Shown: positions 31,668 through 41,407 of the stretch, piece by piece
How the letters are laid out: each line of letters begins with the position of its first letter
Numbering within the stretch: the stretch's first letter is position 1
Assembly: GCA_029266315.1 (NCBI GenBank)
Contig: JAQSXA010000010.1
Location: 37,398-101,397, forward strand
DNA length: 64,000 bases
Direction: 5' to 3'
DNA from: Oscillospiraceae bacterium
Lineage (GTDB): Bacteria; Bacillota; Clostridia; Oscillospirales; Ruminococcaceae
The notes under the pieces: generated by a model
Seen by the model: the letters and a program-made list of their open reading frames with translations, nothing else
Databases searched by the model: none
What the model was told of the DNA's origin: nothing
Translations under genes and position numbers: made by a program

Positions 31668-32093
31668 TTATTCTAATATTTTCAATGCTTCCGCATATTT
31701 CTTTAGCCGCTCCCGCGTCTTTTCAGAATGATCCTTTAACCGGGTGAGATCGCTGTTGTGCTTTAAATCCGCCAGCTTCACCGCCCGTGCGATCGAGTTG
31801 TCTTTTAGCGCATTGATATAATCCATATAGGGTGTGTTCTCATCATGAGTCAATAGACGCACCGCCTCAATGATCTCGGATGAAAAGCCCGCTTTTTGCA
31901 AGTCGGTAAGACTGACAGTTGTATCCTCAACAACATCGTGCAACAATGCTGCCACAATCTCGCTTTCAGTATGCATCTGCTCAGCAAGATGCAGCGGATG
32001 GAAAATATACGGAACGCCACTTCTATCCAACTGACCATGATGCGCCGAATAAGCCAGCAACATTGCCTGTCTGGTCTGTGCGGTATATAACAT
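31668..32093 (-). CDS. HD-domain (p)ppGpp pyrophosphohydrolase-like protein (small alarmone hydrolase type)
   Basis: 141 aa. HHGQLDRSGVPYIFHPLHLA...LLHDVVEDT matches the RelA/SpoT hydrolase (HD_4) signature. No synthetase domain is present. ATG 32093 follows GGGGTGGG. Confidence 0.7.
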   Translation of the reverse strand: MLYTAQTRQAMLLAYSAHHGQLDRSGVPYIFHPLHLAEQMHTESEIVAALLHDVVEDTTVSLTDLQKAGFSSEIIEAVRLLTHDENTPYMDYINALKDNSIARAVKLADLKHNSDLTRLKDHSEKTRERLKKYAEALKILE

Positions 32094-32371
32094 GAACCCA
32101 CCCCATTTTGCCAACAATTTAATTTCTGCCAAAGTATAGCATAACCCAATAAACAGGTCAAAGAAATTTTTTCAGGCATTGCATTTTTGCGCGACGGACT
32201 TCTGATATGCTATAATATGCACATAATGCTAATGTTCCCATACAAATATCTTCATACGTGCTAAGAAATTGTGCCGTAAGATATAGGCTTTGTGTTATGA
32301 AGGGAACCATTCATGCCACAATAATAAAACCAGAAAAAATTGTAATTCGCTTGAAAAAGTTAGGAGAATTT

Positions 32372-34444
32372 ATGAACCGTCCTGAAATTCTTGCCCCTGC
32401 CGGCAGCATGGAATCGCTGCAGGCGGCAGTCAACTGCGGCGCCAATGCTGTTTATCTCGGTGCAAAGGCGCTCAATGCCCGTCGCAACGCAGGCAACTTT
32501 GATGATGTTGCACTTGCCGAAGCGGTTTCCTATGCACATCTTCATAGTGTAAAAATTTTGCAAACACTTAATATCGTTATGTTTGACAATGAAGTTGGTG
32601 ACCTGCTGCGCGCTGCCGAAACTGCGGCGAAACTAGGAGTTGACGCCGCCATTGTACAGGACTGGGGCGTGTTGTCGCTGCTTAAATCCACCGTGCCAGA
32701 GTTACCTCTATTCGCCTCAACGCAGATGGCAGTGCATAACCTTGCGGGCGCTAAAATGGCGGAGGAGATGGGCTGTAAGCGCGTGGTACTGGCTCGGGAA
32801 CTGACAGCCGGAGAAATCTCACATATTGTACAGAATATCTCGGCGCAAACCGAGGTATTTGTTCACGGTGCGCTATGCATGAGTGTTTCGGGGCAGTGCT
32901 ATCTGTCATCCATGTTGGGTGGACGCAGCGGCAACCGTGGATTGTGCGCACAGCCCTGCCGCCTGCCATTCGAATACAGCAACAGTAACCATGCGTTGTC
33001 TTTAAAAGATCTTTCGCTAATTGAACGCGTTCAAGAGCTTGCTGCACTCGGCGTCAGTTCGCTTAAAATTGAAGGACGTATGAAGCGCCCGGAATATGTC
33101 GCCGCCGCAGTGACAGCACTGCGTCAGGAACTTGATGGCGAACAGCCTGATATCGATCGTTTACAATCAGTTTTCTCTCGTAGTGGATTTACAACTGGTT
33201 ATTTTGACAGCAAGCGTGATCGGTTAATGTTTGGCATTCGGCAAAAAGATGATGTGACTGCTGCTACAAGCGTGTTAGGCGAGCTGGCACAATTAGCCGG
33301 ACGAGATATTGGCGCAGTGGCAATAGAGGGCGCTTTCACTGCCTTTGAAGGTGAACCTATTTCGCTGGCACTGCGTGATCAAAATAAAAACAACGTCTTT
33401 GTCGAGGGTGATATTCCTCAGAATGCACACACCAAGCCCACTGATGAGGCCCGCGTTCGCCAGAGCCTGTTAAAAACCGGCGGCACGCCTTTCCACTTCG
33501 TTGATCTGGATATTGCACTCTCAGACGGGCTGATGATACCGGTGTCGCAGGTAAACGCGCTACGGCGCGAGGCGTTTGAACAACTCTCCGCCCTGCGGTG
33601 TGCGCCCCGCCCTCACCGTTTTAACGCTGCATATACTCCTTTACCCATCGACATAGCGTTAGCGCCTCCGGCCCAGCCAGCTCTGCGCATTCGTTGCCAG
33701 GCCAACCAGCTTTCAAAGCCCTTGCTTGATTGTTGCGAAAGCGTTATTCTACCGCTTGGCGAAGTTGCCGAGGGCATCCGGTTAGGGGTAATGCCCCAGC
33801 GTATCATCGCTGAGATTCCCCGCATTTTGTTCACTGGTGAAGATCAGGTTGCCCAGCAGCTAAAAGTGTTGTGCACTCTTGGCGTCACACGCGCATGGTG
33901 TGGCAACATCGGCGCCGTTTGGCTGGCAAAACAAGCGGGTCTTTCTGTTTGTGGTGGCTGGTCGCTAAATCTCACCAATGCCTTTGCGCTGCAGACGGTG
34001 GCTGGACTGGGCTTATCTGATGCTGAGCTTTCATTTGAGCTATCACTATCTCAGGCAATGCGCCTTCGCAGCAGCATGCCACTGGGGCTTATTGCATATG
34101 GATCACTACCGCTCATGACATTCCGCAACTGTCCGGTTCGCGCTCAAATCGGCTGTGCGCGATGTGACCGTAAACAAACGCTCACTGATCGCAAGGGCAT
34201 TGCCTTTGCGGTGCGCTGCGATCCCTGTGATTCACAAACCGGTGTGAGCGCGCTTTATAACTCGGTACCGCTTTATTTGGCAGACCGCCGTGACGAGCTT
34301 GCCGGCCTTTCATTTGTGACGCTCTGGTTTACTGATGAGTCTTCAGCGCAATGTCAGCGCATCGCGGCCGCTTATGCGGGTCGGGGCGATGCAACACCAC
34401 CCAAGGATTACACACGCGGTCTTTATTATCGCACAGTTTTATAA
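32372..34444 (+). CDS. Peptidase U32 family protein (long form)
   Basis: The U32 signature is EVFVHGALCMSVSGQCYLS. The N-terminus is MNRPEILAPAGS...GANAVYLG. IEGRMKRPEYV is also present. ATG 32372 follows AGGAG. Confidence 0.85.
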   Translation: MNRPEILAPAGSMESLQAAVNCGANAVYLGAKALNARRNAGNFDDVALAEAVSYAHLHSVKILQTLNIVMFDNEVGDLLRAAETAAKLGVDAAIVQDWGVLSLLKSTVPELPLFASTQMAVHNLAGAKMAEEMGCKRVVLARELTAGEISHIVQNISAQTEVFVHGALCMSVSGQCYLSSMLGGRSGNRGLCAQPCRLPFEYSNSNHALSLKDLSLIERVQELAALGVSSLKIEGRMKRPEYVAAAVTALRQELDGEQPDIDRLQSVFSRSGFTTGYFDSKRDRLMFGIRQKDDVTAATSVLGELAQLAGRDIGAVAIEGAFTAFEGEPISLALRDQNKNNVFVEGDIPQNAHTKPTDEARVRQSLLKTGGTPFHFVDLDIALSDGLMIPVSQVNALRREAFEQLSALRCAPRPHRFNAAYTPLPIDIALAPPAQPALRIRCQANQLSKPLLDCCESVILPLGEVAEGIRLGVMPQRIIAEIPRILFTGEDQVAQQLKVLCTLGVTRAWCGNIGAVWLAKQAGLSVCGGWSLNLTNAFALQTVAGLGLSDAELSFELSLSQAMRLRSSMPLGLIAYGSLPLMTFRNCPVRAQIGCARCDRKQTLTDRKGIAFAVRCDPCDSQTGVSALYNSVPLYLADRRDELAGLSFVTLWFTDESSAQCQRIAAAYAGRGDATPPKDYTRGLYYRTVL

Positions 34445-34455
34445 AAGGAGTTTTT

Positions 34456-35112
34456 ATGGCACTAGAATATACCACCCTGCTGTTTGATTTAGACGGAACA
34501 CTAACTGACTCGGAAGAGGGCATTGTCAAGTGCGTCCGGCATAGCCTAAAGGCGTTGGGCATTGAGGAAAATGACGCTGCCGTACTGCGCAGCTTTATCG
34601 GCCCGCCGCTCACGGTATCTTATAAGCAGATTTACGGCTTTACACAGGAACAATCAACCATTGCCATCGATATTTTTCACGAGCGCTTTGATGCGGTCGG
34701 CAAGTTTGAAAACCGTCCCTATGACGGCATCCATGAGCTGCTAGAGCAGTTGAAGAACGCAGGTTTCCGCCTGATGCTGGCCACCTCAAAACCCGAGCAT
34801 TTCGCGCGGCAGATTATGGCGCACTTTGCACTTGAAAATTATTTTGACGTTATTTGTGGTGCAGATGAAATGAACGGACGATCTGAAAAACATGATGTAA
34901 TACAAGAAATTTTGCGGGCTCATCCTCACCTTAACCGCGATAATGCCATTATGATTGGTGACCGTAAATATGACGTAGAGGGTGCGGCATTTTGCGGACT
35001 GGACTGCGTTGGTGTTACCTATGGCTTTGGCGGCCACGACGAGCTGATAGCCGCTGGAGCCAAATACATAGTTGACACGGTTACGGAACTGGGCGTGTTG
35101 CTTCTGGGTTAA
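34456..35112 (+). CDS. HAD superfamily hydrolase (phosphoglycolate phosphatase / PpaX-like)
   Basis: Motif I is LLFDLDGTLTDS, motif II is LATSKP and motif IV is IGDRKYDVEGA. ATG 34456 follows AAGGAG. Confidence 0.8.
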   Translation: MALEYTTLLFDLDGTLTDSEEGIVKCVRHSLKALGIEENDAAVLRSFIGPPLTVSYKQIYGFTQEQSTIAIDIFHERFDAVGKFENRPYDGIHELLEQLKNAGFRLMLATSKPEHFARQIMAHFALENYFDVICGADEMNGRSEKHDVIQEILRAHPHLNRDNAIMIGDRKYDVEGAAFCGLDCVGVTYGFGGHDELIAAGAKYIVDTVTELGVLLLG

Positions 35113-35204
35113 ATACATGTCACTATGTCGGATCGCAATTTATGGGTTCTCTTAGAAGCGCTAATGTAGTTCTCCCCTCTTTTGGCGTTCTTTGACGATG
35201 CATC

Positions 35205-35243
35205 AACGCCCGTCCGCTTTTAAAGCGGTCGGGCGTTGTTTTT
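35205..35243 (+). terminator. Intrinsic terminator between convergent HAD and DUF896 genes
   Basis: Stem aacgcccgtccgcttt / aaagcggtcgggcgtt (one mismatch), followed by gTTTTT. Confidence 0.75.
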
Positions 35244-35268
35244 ACATTGTTAAGGACAGGTACACCGC

Positions 35269-35493
35269 TTAACACGGCGGTAAATCCTCGCCTTTTCGTT
35301 TGAGCTTTGTCTTATTGCCCTGCTCATCAACAACGTAGGTACTGTCAAGCTGAGCGACTAGGCTTCGGCGGTAGCTTTCAATATATTCACGGCGCAGTGC
35401 GTCACGCTCAGCCAGTTCTGCCGGACTAAGCGTTTCACCAGCCTTTACCCTTTTGGCAAATTCATTGATGCGGTCCAACTTTTTCTGTTCCAA
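35269..35493 (-). CDS. DUF896 (UPF0291/YnzC) family protein
   Basis: 74 aa. MEQKKLDRINEFAKRVKAGETLSPAELAERDALRREYIESYRRSL matches the conserved helical DUF896 pattern. Confidence 0.75.
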   Translation of the reverse strand: MEQKKLDRINEFAKRVKAGETLSPAELAERDALRREYIESYRRSLVAQLDSTYVVDEQGNKTKLKRKGEDLPPC

Positions 35494-35519
35494 TTCAAAT
35501 ACTCCCTGAAATCAAATAC

Positions 35520-36362
35520 TCAAATGTCGGTTCCTGATGGCATGCGCCCGTATACACAACGGTCAATGCCGCTTAAGTCCTTAGCAAAGCCGATACTCTG
35601 ATAACCCTGCCCCGACATAATTTCGGCAATCTGCTGCGCCTGCTGCCATCCAGCTTCAAACAGTAACAGACCGTTAGGCACCAAAAGATCTTTGGCGCTC
35701 TTAGCAATGCCTCGATAAAAAACAAGCCCGTCCTCACCGCCATCCAGTGCCATCTTGGGTTCATAGCGTACCGGTTCGGGCAGCTTGGTGAGTTCCTGCG
35801 CAGTAAGATAGGGGGGATTTGAAATAATCATATCCAGTTTCGGCAGTCCAAGCGGTGCCAGATCACCAAGCACGTCGGCTTCCATCACACTGATACGTTC
35901 GCAGTCTTTGGTATTCTCACGCAGATAACGCAGCGCTTCCTTAGATAACTCCAGCGCATACACCTCGCACGAAGGCAGGTTCTGAGCCACCGCCAGAGAA
36001 ATTGCGCCACTTCCAGCACAAAAATCAGCCACCTTGGTCGAGGGATTCTGCGATAAAAAACCCAGTGCAGTATCCACCAGTGTTTCGGTATCAGGGCGAG
36101 GAATAAGCACCCCTTCGCCGACTTTGAGCGGAATCGAATAAAACTCCCATTCACCGAGAAGATATTGCAGAGGATAACCCTCGACGAGCCGTTTCACCTT
36201 CTGAGAAAAAATCAGGGCATCATCAGCGGCAATTTCATCATTCGGCCGTGTATGCTGTGCCTGCGCGCCAAACTGGGCGTAGAAAAGCTGTGAAAGATCA
36301 AAATCCGCCGTATCGTGCGTCAATTTCTTACGGCATTGAAGATATAACTGAGAAATGGTCAT
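35520..36362 (-). CDS. prmC: Release factor glutamine N5-methyltransferase PrmC (HemK)
   Basis: The NPPY catalytic motif is IISNPPYL. The SAM motif is VADFCAGSGAISLAVA. EGVLIPRPDTE is also present. Confidence 0.9.
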   Translation of the reverse strand: MTISQLYLQCRKKLTHDTADFDLSQLFYAQFGAQAQHTRPNDEIAADDALIFSQKVKRLVEGYPLQYLLGEWEFYSIPLKVGEGVLIPRPDTETLVDTALGFLSQNPSTKVADFCAGSGAISLAVAQNLPSCEVYALELSKEALRYLRENTKDCERISVMEADVLGDLAPLGLPKLDMIISNPPYLTAQELTKLPEPVRYEPKMALDGGEDGLVFYRGIAKSAKDLLVPNGLLLFEAGWQQAQQIAEIMSGQGYQSIGFAKDLSGIDRCVYGRMPSGTDI

Positions 36363-36371
36363 TTTTAAACA

Positions 36372-37301
36372 TTACCACCTGTCGTCTTCCTGATTCTGCG
36401 GGATGCAGGGCATCATCGCGGCAATAGCGGCCTCGATTTCGGATACATCCGGTTCGTTAGTCGTCAGTCGCTGCAGCCACAGCCCCGGCGCGGAAATGAT
36501 ACGCGTACAAAGGGTATCATAACGCCCCGCCAGCTTGATGATCTCATAAGCAATACCAACCACCAGCGGCAGGCAAACCAGCTTTAACACAATACGCATT
36601 ACTAGGTTGTCCCAGGTAACAAAAGAAAAAACCAACGCCGATACAACCAGTACAATTAGAATAAAGCTGGTGCCGCAGCGCGGATGAAAGCGCGAATGTT
36701 TTTTAACATTTTCGGGTGTCAGCTCTTCGCCAGCCTCATAGCAGGCAATGGTCTTATGTTCAGCACCGTGGTATTCAAAAACGCGGTGAATTTCGGGCAT
36801 TCGGCTCACTAAAAAGAGATACGCTAAAAATATTGCTATTTTTACTACCGCTTCAATCAGCGACAACAGCTGCGCAGCAATAAACGGTCGGACAAACCCA
36901 ATGAGAAAGGTTGGCAACACCATAAAAAGTCCCACGGCCAGCAGCACGCCAAGTATCCCGGCAACGCCTGCCAAAACTTTTGAAAAACTTTCACCGAACC
37001 AATCCATCAGCTTTTTTTCAAAACCGCTGGGTTCTTCTTCAAAGCCGGCAATGTCAGCAGATTTCATCAAGCATTTATAGCTGACCGCCATACTATCAAA
37101 AAAATTAAATACTCCTCGTATAATTGGAGTCTTTTTATACCAAGGTTTGCGACCTTCCTCAGTTTTCCACTCGGAGATATCTAATTCTCCATTAGGTTTG
37201 CGCACCGCCATAGCAGTGGTATAGGGGCCCCGCATCATCACGCCCTCTATAAGGGCGCTGCCACCTATCGAAGTCTTTTTGCGCTCGTTTGTACTGCTCA
37301 A
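36372..37301 (-). CDS. DUF1385 domain membrane protein (YqhQ-like)
   Basis: IGGSALIEGVMMRG and EYHGAEHKTI motifs with C-terminal TM helices. It is adjacent to prmC, as in many Firmicutes. Confidence 0.8.
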   Translation of the reverse strand: MSSTNERKKTSIGGSALIEGVMMRGPYTTAMAVRKPNGELDISEWKTEEGRKPWYKKTPIIRGVFNFFDSMAVSYKCLMKSADIAGFEEEPSGFEKKLMDWFGESFSKVLAGVAGILGVLLAVGLFMVLPTFLIGFVRPFIAAQLLSLIEAVVKIAIFLAYLFLVSRMPEIHRVFEYHGAEHKTIACYEAGEELTPENVKKHSRFHPRCGTSFILIVLVVSALVFSFVTWDNLVMRIVLKLVCLPLVVGIAYEIIKLAGRYDTLCTRIISAPGLWLQRLTTNEPDVSEIEAAIAAMMPCIPQNQEDDRW

Positions 37302-37306
37302 TATGG

Positions 37307-38761
37307 TTATTCCTCCCCGCCTTGTTCAGGCGTCTTCTGTTTAAGCTGTTCATAAAGTGGGGCGTTGGGTATGCGTATGGTAACGGTGGTTCCCTGGTCT
37401 AAAACCGATGTTACTTCAAGCGTGCCTAAAAATGCCGCGACAATTTCGTCGGCAACAGCCAGCCCAATTCCGGAACCACGGCGTGTCAAATTCGCCTTGT
37501 AAAACTTTTTCTTAATTTTGGGTAAATCCTCTGGGCTGATACCACAGCCCGAATCCGCCACCGAGATGACAAAATAACCATTCTGTTGATGAGCCGTCAC
37601 CTTTACGCTGCCGCCCGCATCAGAATATTTGATAGCGTTATCAATGATGTTGATGAACACCTGCCGTAAGCGATTTTTATCAGCCATGACCACCGCTGCC
37701 TCAATCTGTTCATCATAGGCCAGTTTAATCTCCTCGCGGCGGGCCTTTTCTGTATACATCAGCACCGCCTCTTCAAGCTCGGCCAACAAGTCGATGCGTT
37801 CAATAGCCAGCTTGAAGCGACCCGACTGCATGCGAGAGAAATCGAGCAGTTCCTCCACCATCATCGCCAGACGGTCGGTTTCTTTTATAATAACCTGCAT
37901 ACCCTTCTGCACAGTTTCTCGGTCACCCGTATCGGCATCGCGTATTGTTTCACTCCAGCCTTTTATGGCGGTGAGCGGTGTTCGGAGCTCATGTGAGACG
38001 GATGAAATAAACTCATTTTTTAGCTTTTCAGAGTTACCCAATTCCTCAGCCATGTAGTTAATGGTCTCGCATAGATCGCCAATTTCATCGTCGTTGCGGC
38101 TAACTAGGCGGGTTGCAAAGTCGCCCTGCGCAATTTTTCGGGCTGTCTTGCCTATTTCGCCCACCGGAATAACAATTGAGCTGATAAAATAAGAACCTGA
38201 AAGTACCATAAAAAATATAATTGCGGCCCCAAATACCACCGCCACGGTGATAATTGAAAAAATCAGGCTATCTACCTTGGCGAGCGATACCACTAACCTT
38301 ACAGCTGTAATGCTCTCATCGTTGACCGGTGCAATGCAGCTGACCGCCATAATGTTTTCCTGGCCGATGCGTCCCTGAAAACTGCCCATACCGTCCGATG
38401 CGGTAAGTGCCGCTTCAAAATCGGGCATCTCTATTTTTTCACTCACCGGAAAGCCCGATGACGTTGTGGTGATGCCACCGTATGCGTCCACCGCCATCAG
38501 CTCCATGCGGTCGCGCTGCTCAAAGTTTTCGATCAGGCTTCGAACTTCGCGCTGATAGTCAGCCGAAGGATCGACAGCATATTTAGACAGCAACGTACTG
38601 ACGGTGTTTGCTTGTGAAACTAAGGTCTGTTGCACTGAAGAATAATAAAACATTCGAACTACCAAAATCACTGCAACCTCAATGAGCACCAGAATGACAA
38701 GGATAATCCCAAGGCTGCCCGTGAGCCAGCGGGTGGTTATTTTTTTCTGCGCCATGGGCAA
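37307..38761 (-). CDS. Sensor histidine kinase (two TM, HAMP, HisKA, HATPase_c)
   Basis: H-box SHELRTPLTAIKGW, N-box IDNAIKYS and G-box RGSGIGLAVA. Two TM segments flank a periplasmic loop of about 140 aa. Confidence 0.88.
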   Translation of the reverse strand: MPMAQKKITTRWLTGSLGIILVILVLIEVAVILVVRMFYYSSVQQTLVSQANTVSTLLSKYAVDPSADYQREVRSLIENFEQRDRMELMAVDAYGGITTTSSGFPVSEKIEMPDFEAALTASDGMGSFQGRIGQENIMAVSCIAPVNDESITAVRLVVSLAKVDSLIFSIITVAVVFGAAIIFFMVLSGSYFISSIVIPVGEIGKTARKIAQGDFATRLVSRNDDEIGDLCETINYMAEELGNSEKLKNEFISSVSHELRTPLTAIKGWSETIRDADTGDRETVQKGMQVIIKETDRLAMMVEELLDFSRMQSGRFKLAIERIDLLAELEEAVLMYTEKARREEIKLAYDEQIEAAVVMADKNRLRQVFINIIDNAIKYSDAGGSVKVTAHQQNGYFVISVADSGCGISPEDLPKIKKKFYKANLTRRGSGIGLAVADEIVAAFLGTLEVTSVLDQGTTVTIRIPNAPLYEQLKQKTPEQGGEE

Positions 38762-38795
38762 CCTCCTTATAACGTTTTACGGTCTACTTCAAAAA

Positions 38796-39488
38796 TTATG
38801 GCATCCACTTGTACCCAAATCCCCACACCGTTGTAATGTGCTGCGGATTTGAGGGTTCCTGCTCCACCTTCATGCGAAGGCGACGAATATTGACGTCCAC
38901 AATTTTGACGTCTCCAAAATAATCCTCGCCCCAAACTGCCGTTAGAATCTGGCTGCGTTCCAGCGCTGTTTCGGGGTTCTTCATAAATATCTCCATAATT
39001 TGAAATTCCACCTGAGTCAACTCAATTGGCTCAGCATTTTTGGTAACGGTTCGGCTTTTCAAATTGAGGGTAAACGGGCCGGAGGTCAGCTCGTTGTCAG
39101 GCTTTTTGGGGTTGGACATCGACACGCGACGATGGATTGCATCGACACGCGCCAAAAGCTCCGACGGCGAAAACGGTTTGGTAATGTAATCGTCCGCTCC
39201 GAGCATCAGCCCGTTGACCTTATCCATCTCCTGACTTTTCGCAGTCAGAATGATGATGCCAAGAGAATCTGAGCGTTCACGCAACCTCTTGCAGACCGAA
39301 AATCCATCAAGTCCGGGCATCATGACATCAAGAATAACAACGTCAAAGCCCTCCTCAGCGTTATCATAAGCGGTAATAGCATCCAGGCCGTTGCTAACGT
39401 CGGTGACCGAATAGCCTGCACGCTTGAGGTTTATCACCACAAAGTCGCGGATGGCGTCCTCGTCCTCGGCAATCAGAATATTTTTCAT
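38796..39488 (-). CDS. OmpR-family response regulator
   Basis: The receiver domain has ILIAEDE and VILDVMMPGLDG. The C-terminal winged helix has LTQVEFQIMEIF and VWGFGYKW. Confidence 0.9.
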   Translation of the reverse strand: MKNILIAEDEDAIRDFVVINLKRAGYSVTDVSNGLDAITAYDNAEEGFDVVILDVMMPGLDGFSVCKRLRERSDSLGIIILTAKSQEMDKVNGLMLGADDYITKPFSPSELLARVDAIHRRVSMSNPKKPDNELTSGPFTLNLKSRTVTKNAEPIELTQVEFQIMEIFMKNPETALERSQILTAVWGEDYFGDVKIVDVNIRRLRMKVEQEPSNPQHITTVWGFGYKWMP

Positions 39489-39601
39489 AGCGGCTCCTTT
39501 CTAGAACTGCATCTGGTCACTGCTCTGATACTTTCTCCAAATAAAGAGAAGACATGATTTACGGCCTACCATAAAATGTCTGTACTTTAGTAGGAGTGCA
39601 G

Positions 39602-40918
39602 TTACTGTAGATCAAGCAATGAAAACAAGCTTTGCGCCTGTTCATAGGTTATCGAATATCCCGGGTAACCTTCCTTAGGAATATAAATCTGGTAGCTGTT
39701 GACACCTTTGGTGCCCACCACGCTGTACTGCGTCGTTTCAAATTTGTCTTGATAATCCGAGGGACTGACAACGCGGATACGCAACAACTCAATATCTGAA
39801 TTTTCAAGCGATTTATCAAACAGCACAAACCGCCACTCACCGGTATCCGACTGGCGCCGTACAGTGACAGCATTTTTCCAGCCGTCGGGTAGCTTGAGCT
39901 GATAACCAGCTGCAAAATTTACCACTGAACGCTGCACACACTGCAACTCACCTTCAATAATGCTCATGTATTCGGTGAGATAAACCGCCTCGCGTTCATC
40001 CGTTGTGGAATAGCCCGGAAGCAATATGGAAACCGGAATATCGATCAGCCCGTCTCCGTTGACATCGGCGCAAGTCAGTGTCGGAGTCGCCCGGTCGAAC
40101 GATTCGTAGATACCAATATCCTCGTTTGAAAGCGCCTCAATCACAGACTTTTGATCATCCACCACTGCAATACGGGTGGTCATTTCATCAGAACCCAGAT
40201 AGATATCGGCAAACACCGCATTTAACCCCGTTGTCAGTTTGCCATATGAAAGCTTCGCATAGTCGGTCATAGCGGTTGGCATTTCAACCACACTGGTGCG
40301 AACAATGCGTCCCGAACGATATTTTATCAGCGACATAACCGCTGATTTAGTCAAATTTTTGGTGCAGAGTATCATTTCTGAAAGGCCGTTGCTGTCCACA
40401 TCGTCAATTAAGATTTCGTTGTAACTACCCTCATAGCGCGTTTCAGCGCTTTCTTCGGTATATGAATACACCTTGCAGATCAGATTATCTTTGCCTGCAA
40501 TGGTCCATCCGACAATGATATTGTCGCGCTCGGCATTTTCAATCGGCGCAAACGAGACAAAATCGATCTCGCCGCCCTCCCCAGGGAGTTGATAACGACT
40601 TTTCCAAACGCCGTCATTTTCCGCAAGAATGCTCATCCATGAGGAAGTTAAGCCGTTGACGGTCAGCTCATAAAAAACTATAGCCTCATCCCGCCCGTCC
40701 TTGTCCAGATCATCCAGTACACAAGCCGAAAGATTGTCGCCCCTGCGGGGATATCTTAGCTTAAATGCGTTAGTGCCAACCGCCAGCTCAACCGCGTCGT
40801 AGATAGCTGACTGCTGTGTCGTCAGGCGCGGCGGCTCAAGCAACTCGTTAACGCCAAGCTGAATGCCATTGCAAGCGCTTAACAGCAATATTGATAAAAG
40901 CAACGCAAAATACCGCAC
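39602..40918 (-). CDS. Hypothetical lipoprotein with FG-GAP/VCBS-like Ca-binding repeats
   Basis: The lipobox is RYFALLLSILLLSACNG. Three DxDxDG-like loops occur (DDLDKDGRDE, DDVDSNGLSE, ADVNGDGLID). I place the start at GTG 40918, 7 nt after GGGAGG. Confidence 0.55.
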   Translation of the reverse strand: MRYFALLLSILLLSACNGIQLGVNELLEPPRLTTQQSAIYDAVELAVGTNAFKLRYPRRGDNLSACVLDDLDKDGRDEAIVFYELTVNGLTSSWMSILAENDGVWKSRYQLPGEGGEIDFVSFAPIENAERDNIIVGWTIAGKDNLICKVYSYTEESAETRYEGSYNEILIDDVDSNGLSEMILCTKNLTKSAVMSLIKYRSGRIVRTSVVEMPTAMTDYAKLSYGKLTTGLNAVFADIYLGSDEMTTRIAVVDDQKSVIEALSNEDIGIYESFDRATPTLTCADVNGDGLIDIPVSILLPGYSTTDEREAVYLTEYMSIIEGELQCVQRSVVNFAAGYQLKLPDGWKNAVTVRRQSDTGEWRFVLFDKSLENSDIELLRIRVVSPSDYQDKFETTQYSVVGTKGVNSYQIYIPKEGYPGYSITYEQAQSLFSLLDLQ

Positions 40919-41037
40919 CGGTCTCACCTCCCAGTTTTAAGCCTTCCGCCGCACATAAACGAGGCGGTGCAAAAGCCGTCCATCCGCCGCTTTATAGCGC
41001 ATCGGTACGGCATTAATCGCAATTTCTATACCAATTT

Positions 41038-41065
41038 ATTATACCACCAGATAGTTTTGTGTCAA
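41038..41065 (-). promoter_or_regulatory. Promoter TTGACA-16-TATAAT (TG-extended) for the lipoprotein / two-component string
   Basis: Reverse strand reads TTGACA caaaactatctggtgg TATAAT. A leader of about 100 nt precedes GTG 40918. Confidence 0.7.
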
Positions 41066-41191
41066 TCGCTCAGGTGGTGTCATCCATTAACAAGCTGTGA
41101 CATTTCCGTGATATTATGTCATTTTGCTAATACCGCCAAAACGGACATGGTTTAAGCGTATGGTAGTGGCTTTATATTTCTATGTTTGTAT

Positions 41192-41223
41192 GGTAAAATA
41201 ACCGCAAAGCGACTTATTTTACC
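41192..41223. promoter_or_regulatory. Perfect 10-bp inverted repeat GGTAAAATAA-N12-TTATTTTACC between divergent promoters
   Basis: Arms at 41192-41201 and 41214-41223. The function is unknown (operator or hairpin). Confidence 0.3.
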
Positions 41224-41292
41224 GAGTGATGTCCAACGGCCGCCCCTTAGCACCTTTTGATGTACAATTATACCACTGCACGCTTGCGCTTG

Positions 41293-41301
41293 TGGTATAA
41301 T
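41293..41301 (+). promoter_or_regulatory. Extended -10 element TGgTATAAT upstream of ansA
   Basis: TGGTATAAT at 41293-41301, about 105 nt upstream of ATG 41408. There is no clear -35. Confidence 0.5.
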
Positions 41302-41332
41302 AAGCACCGAATGGGTATCTTATCAATTATAA

Positions 41333-41376
41333 ACGTCCTCTGTTGGGTATAACCTTTTTGTGGAGGCGTATTTTTT
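41333..41376 (+). terminator. Terminator-like hairpin plus T6 inside the ansA leader (possible attenuator)
   Basis: acg(t)cctc pairs with gaggcgt (7 bp, one bulge, 22-nt loop), followed by aTTTTTT. It ends 32 nt before the ansA start. Confidence 0.3.
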
Positions 41377-41407
41377 CCCAATATTTTGACCGGAGGGAAA
41401 TGTCATT

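Noticed and set aside
41037-41301. Recurring ATACCAC / GTGGTAT motifs suggesting a shared operator
   Set aside because: They are explained by two divergent TG-extended -10 elements (GTGGTATAAT) on opposite strands, not by a distinct binding site.
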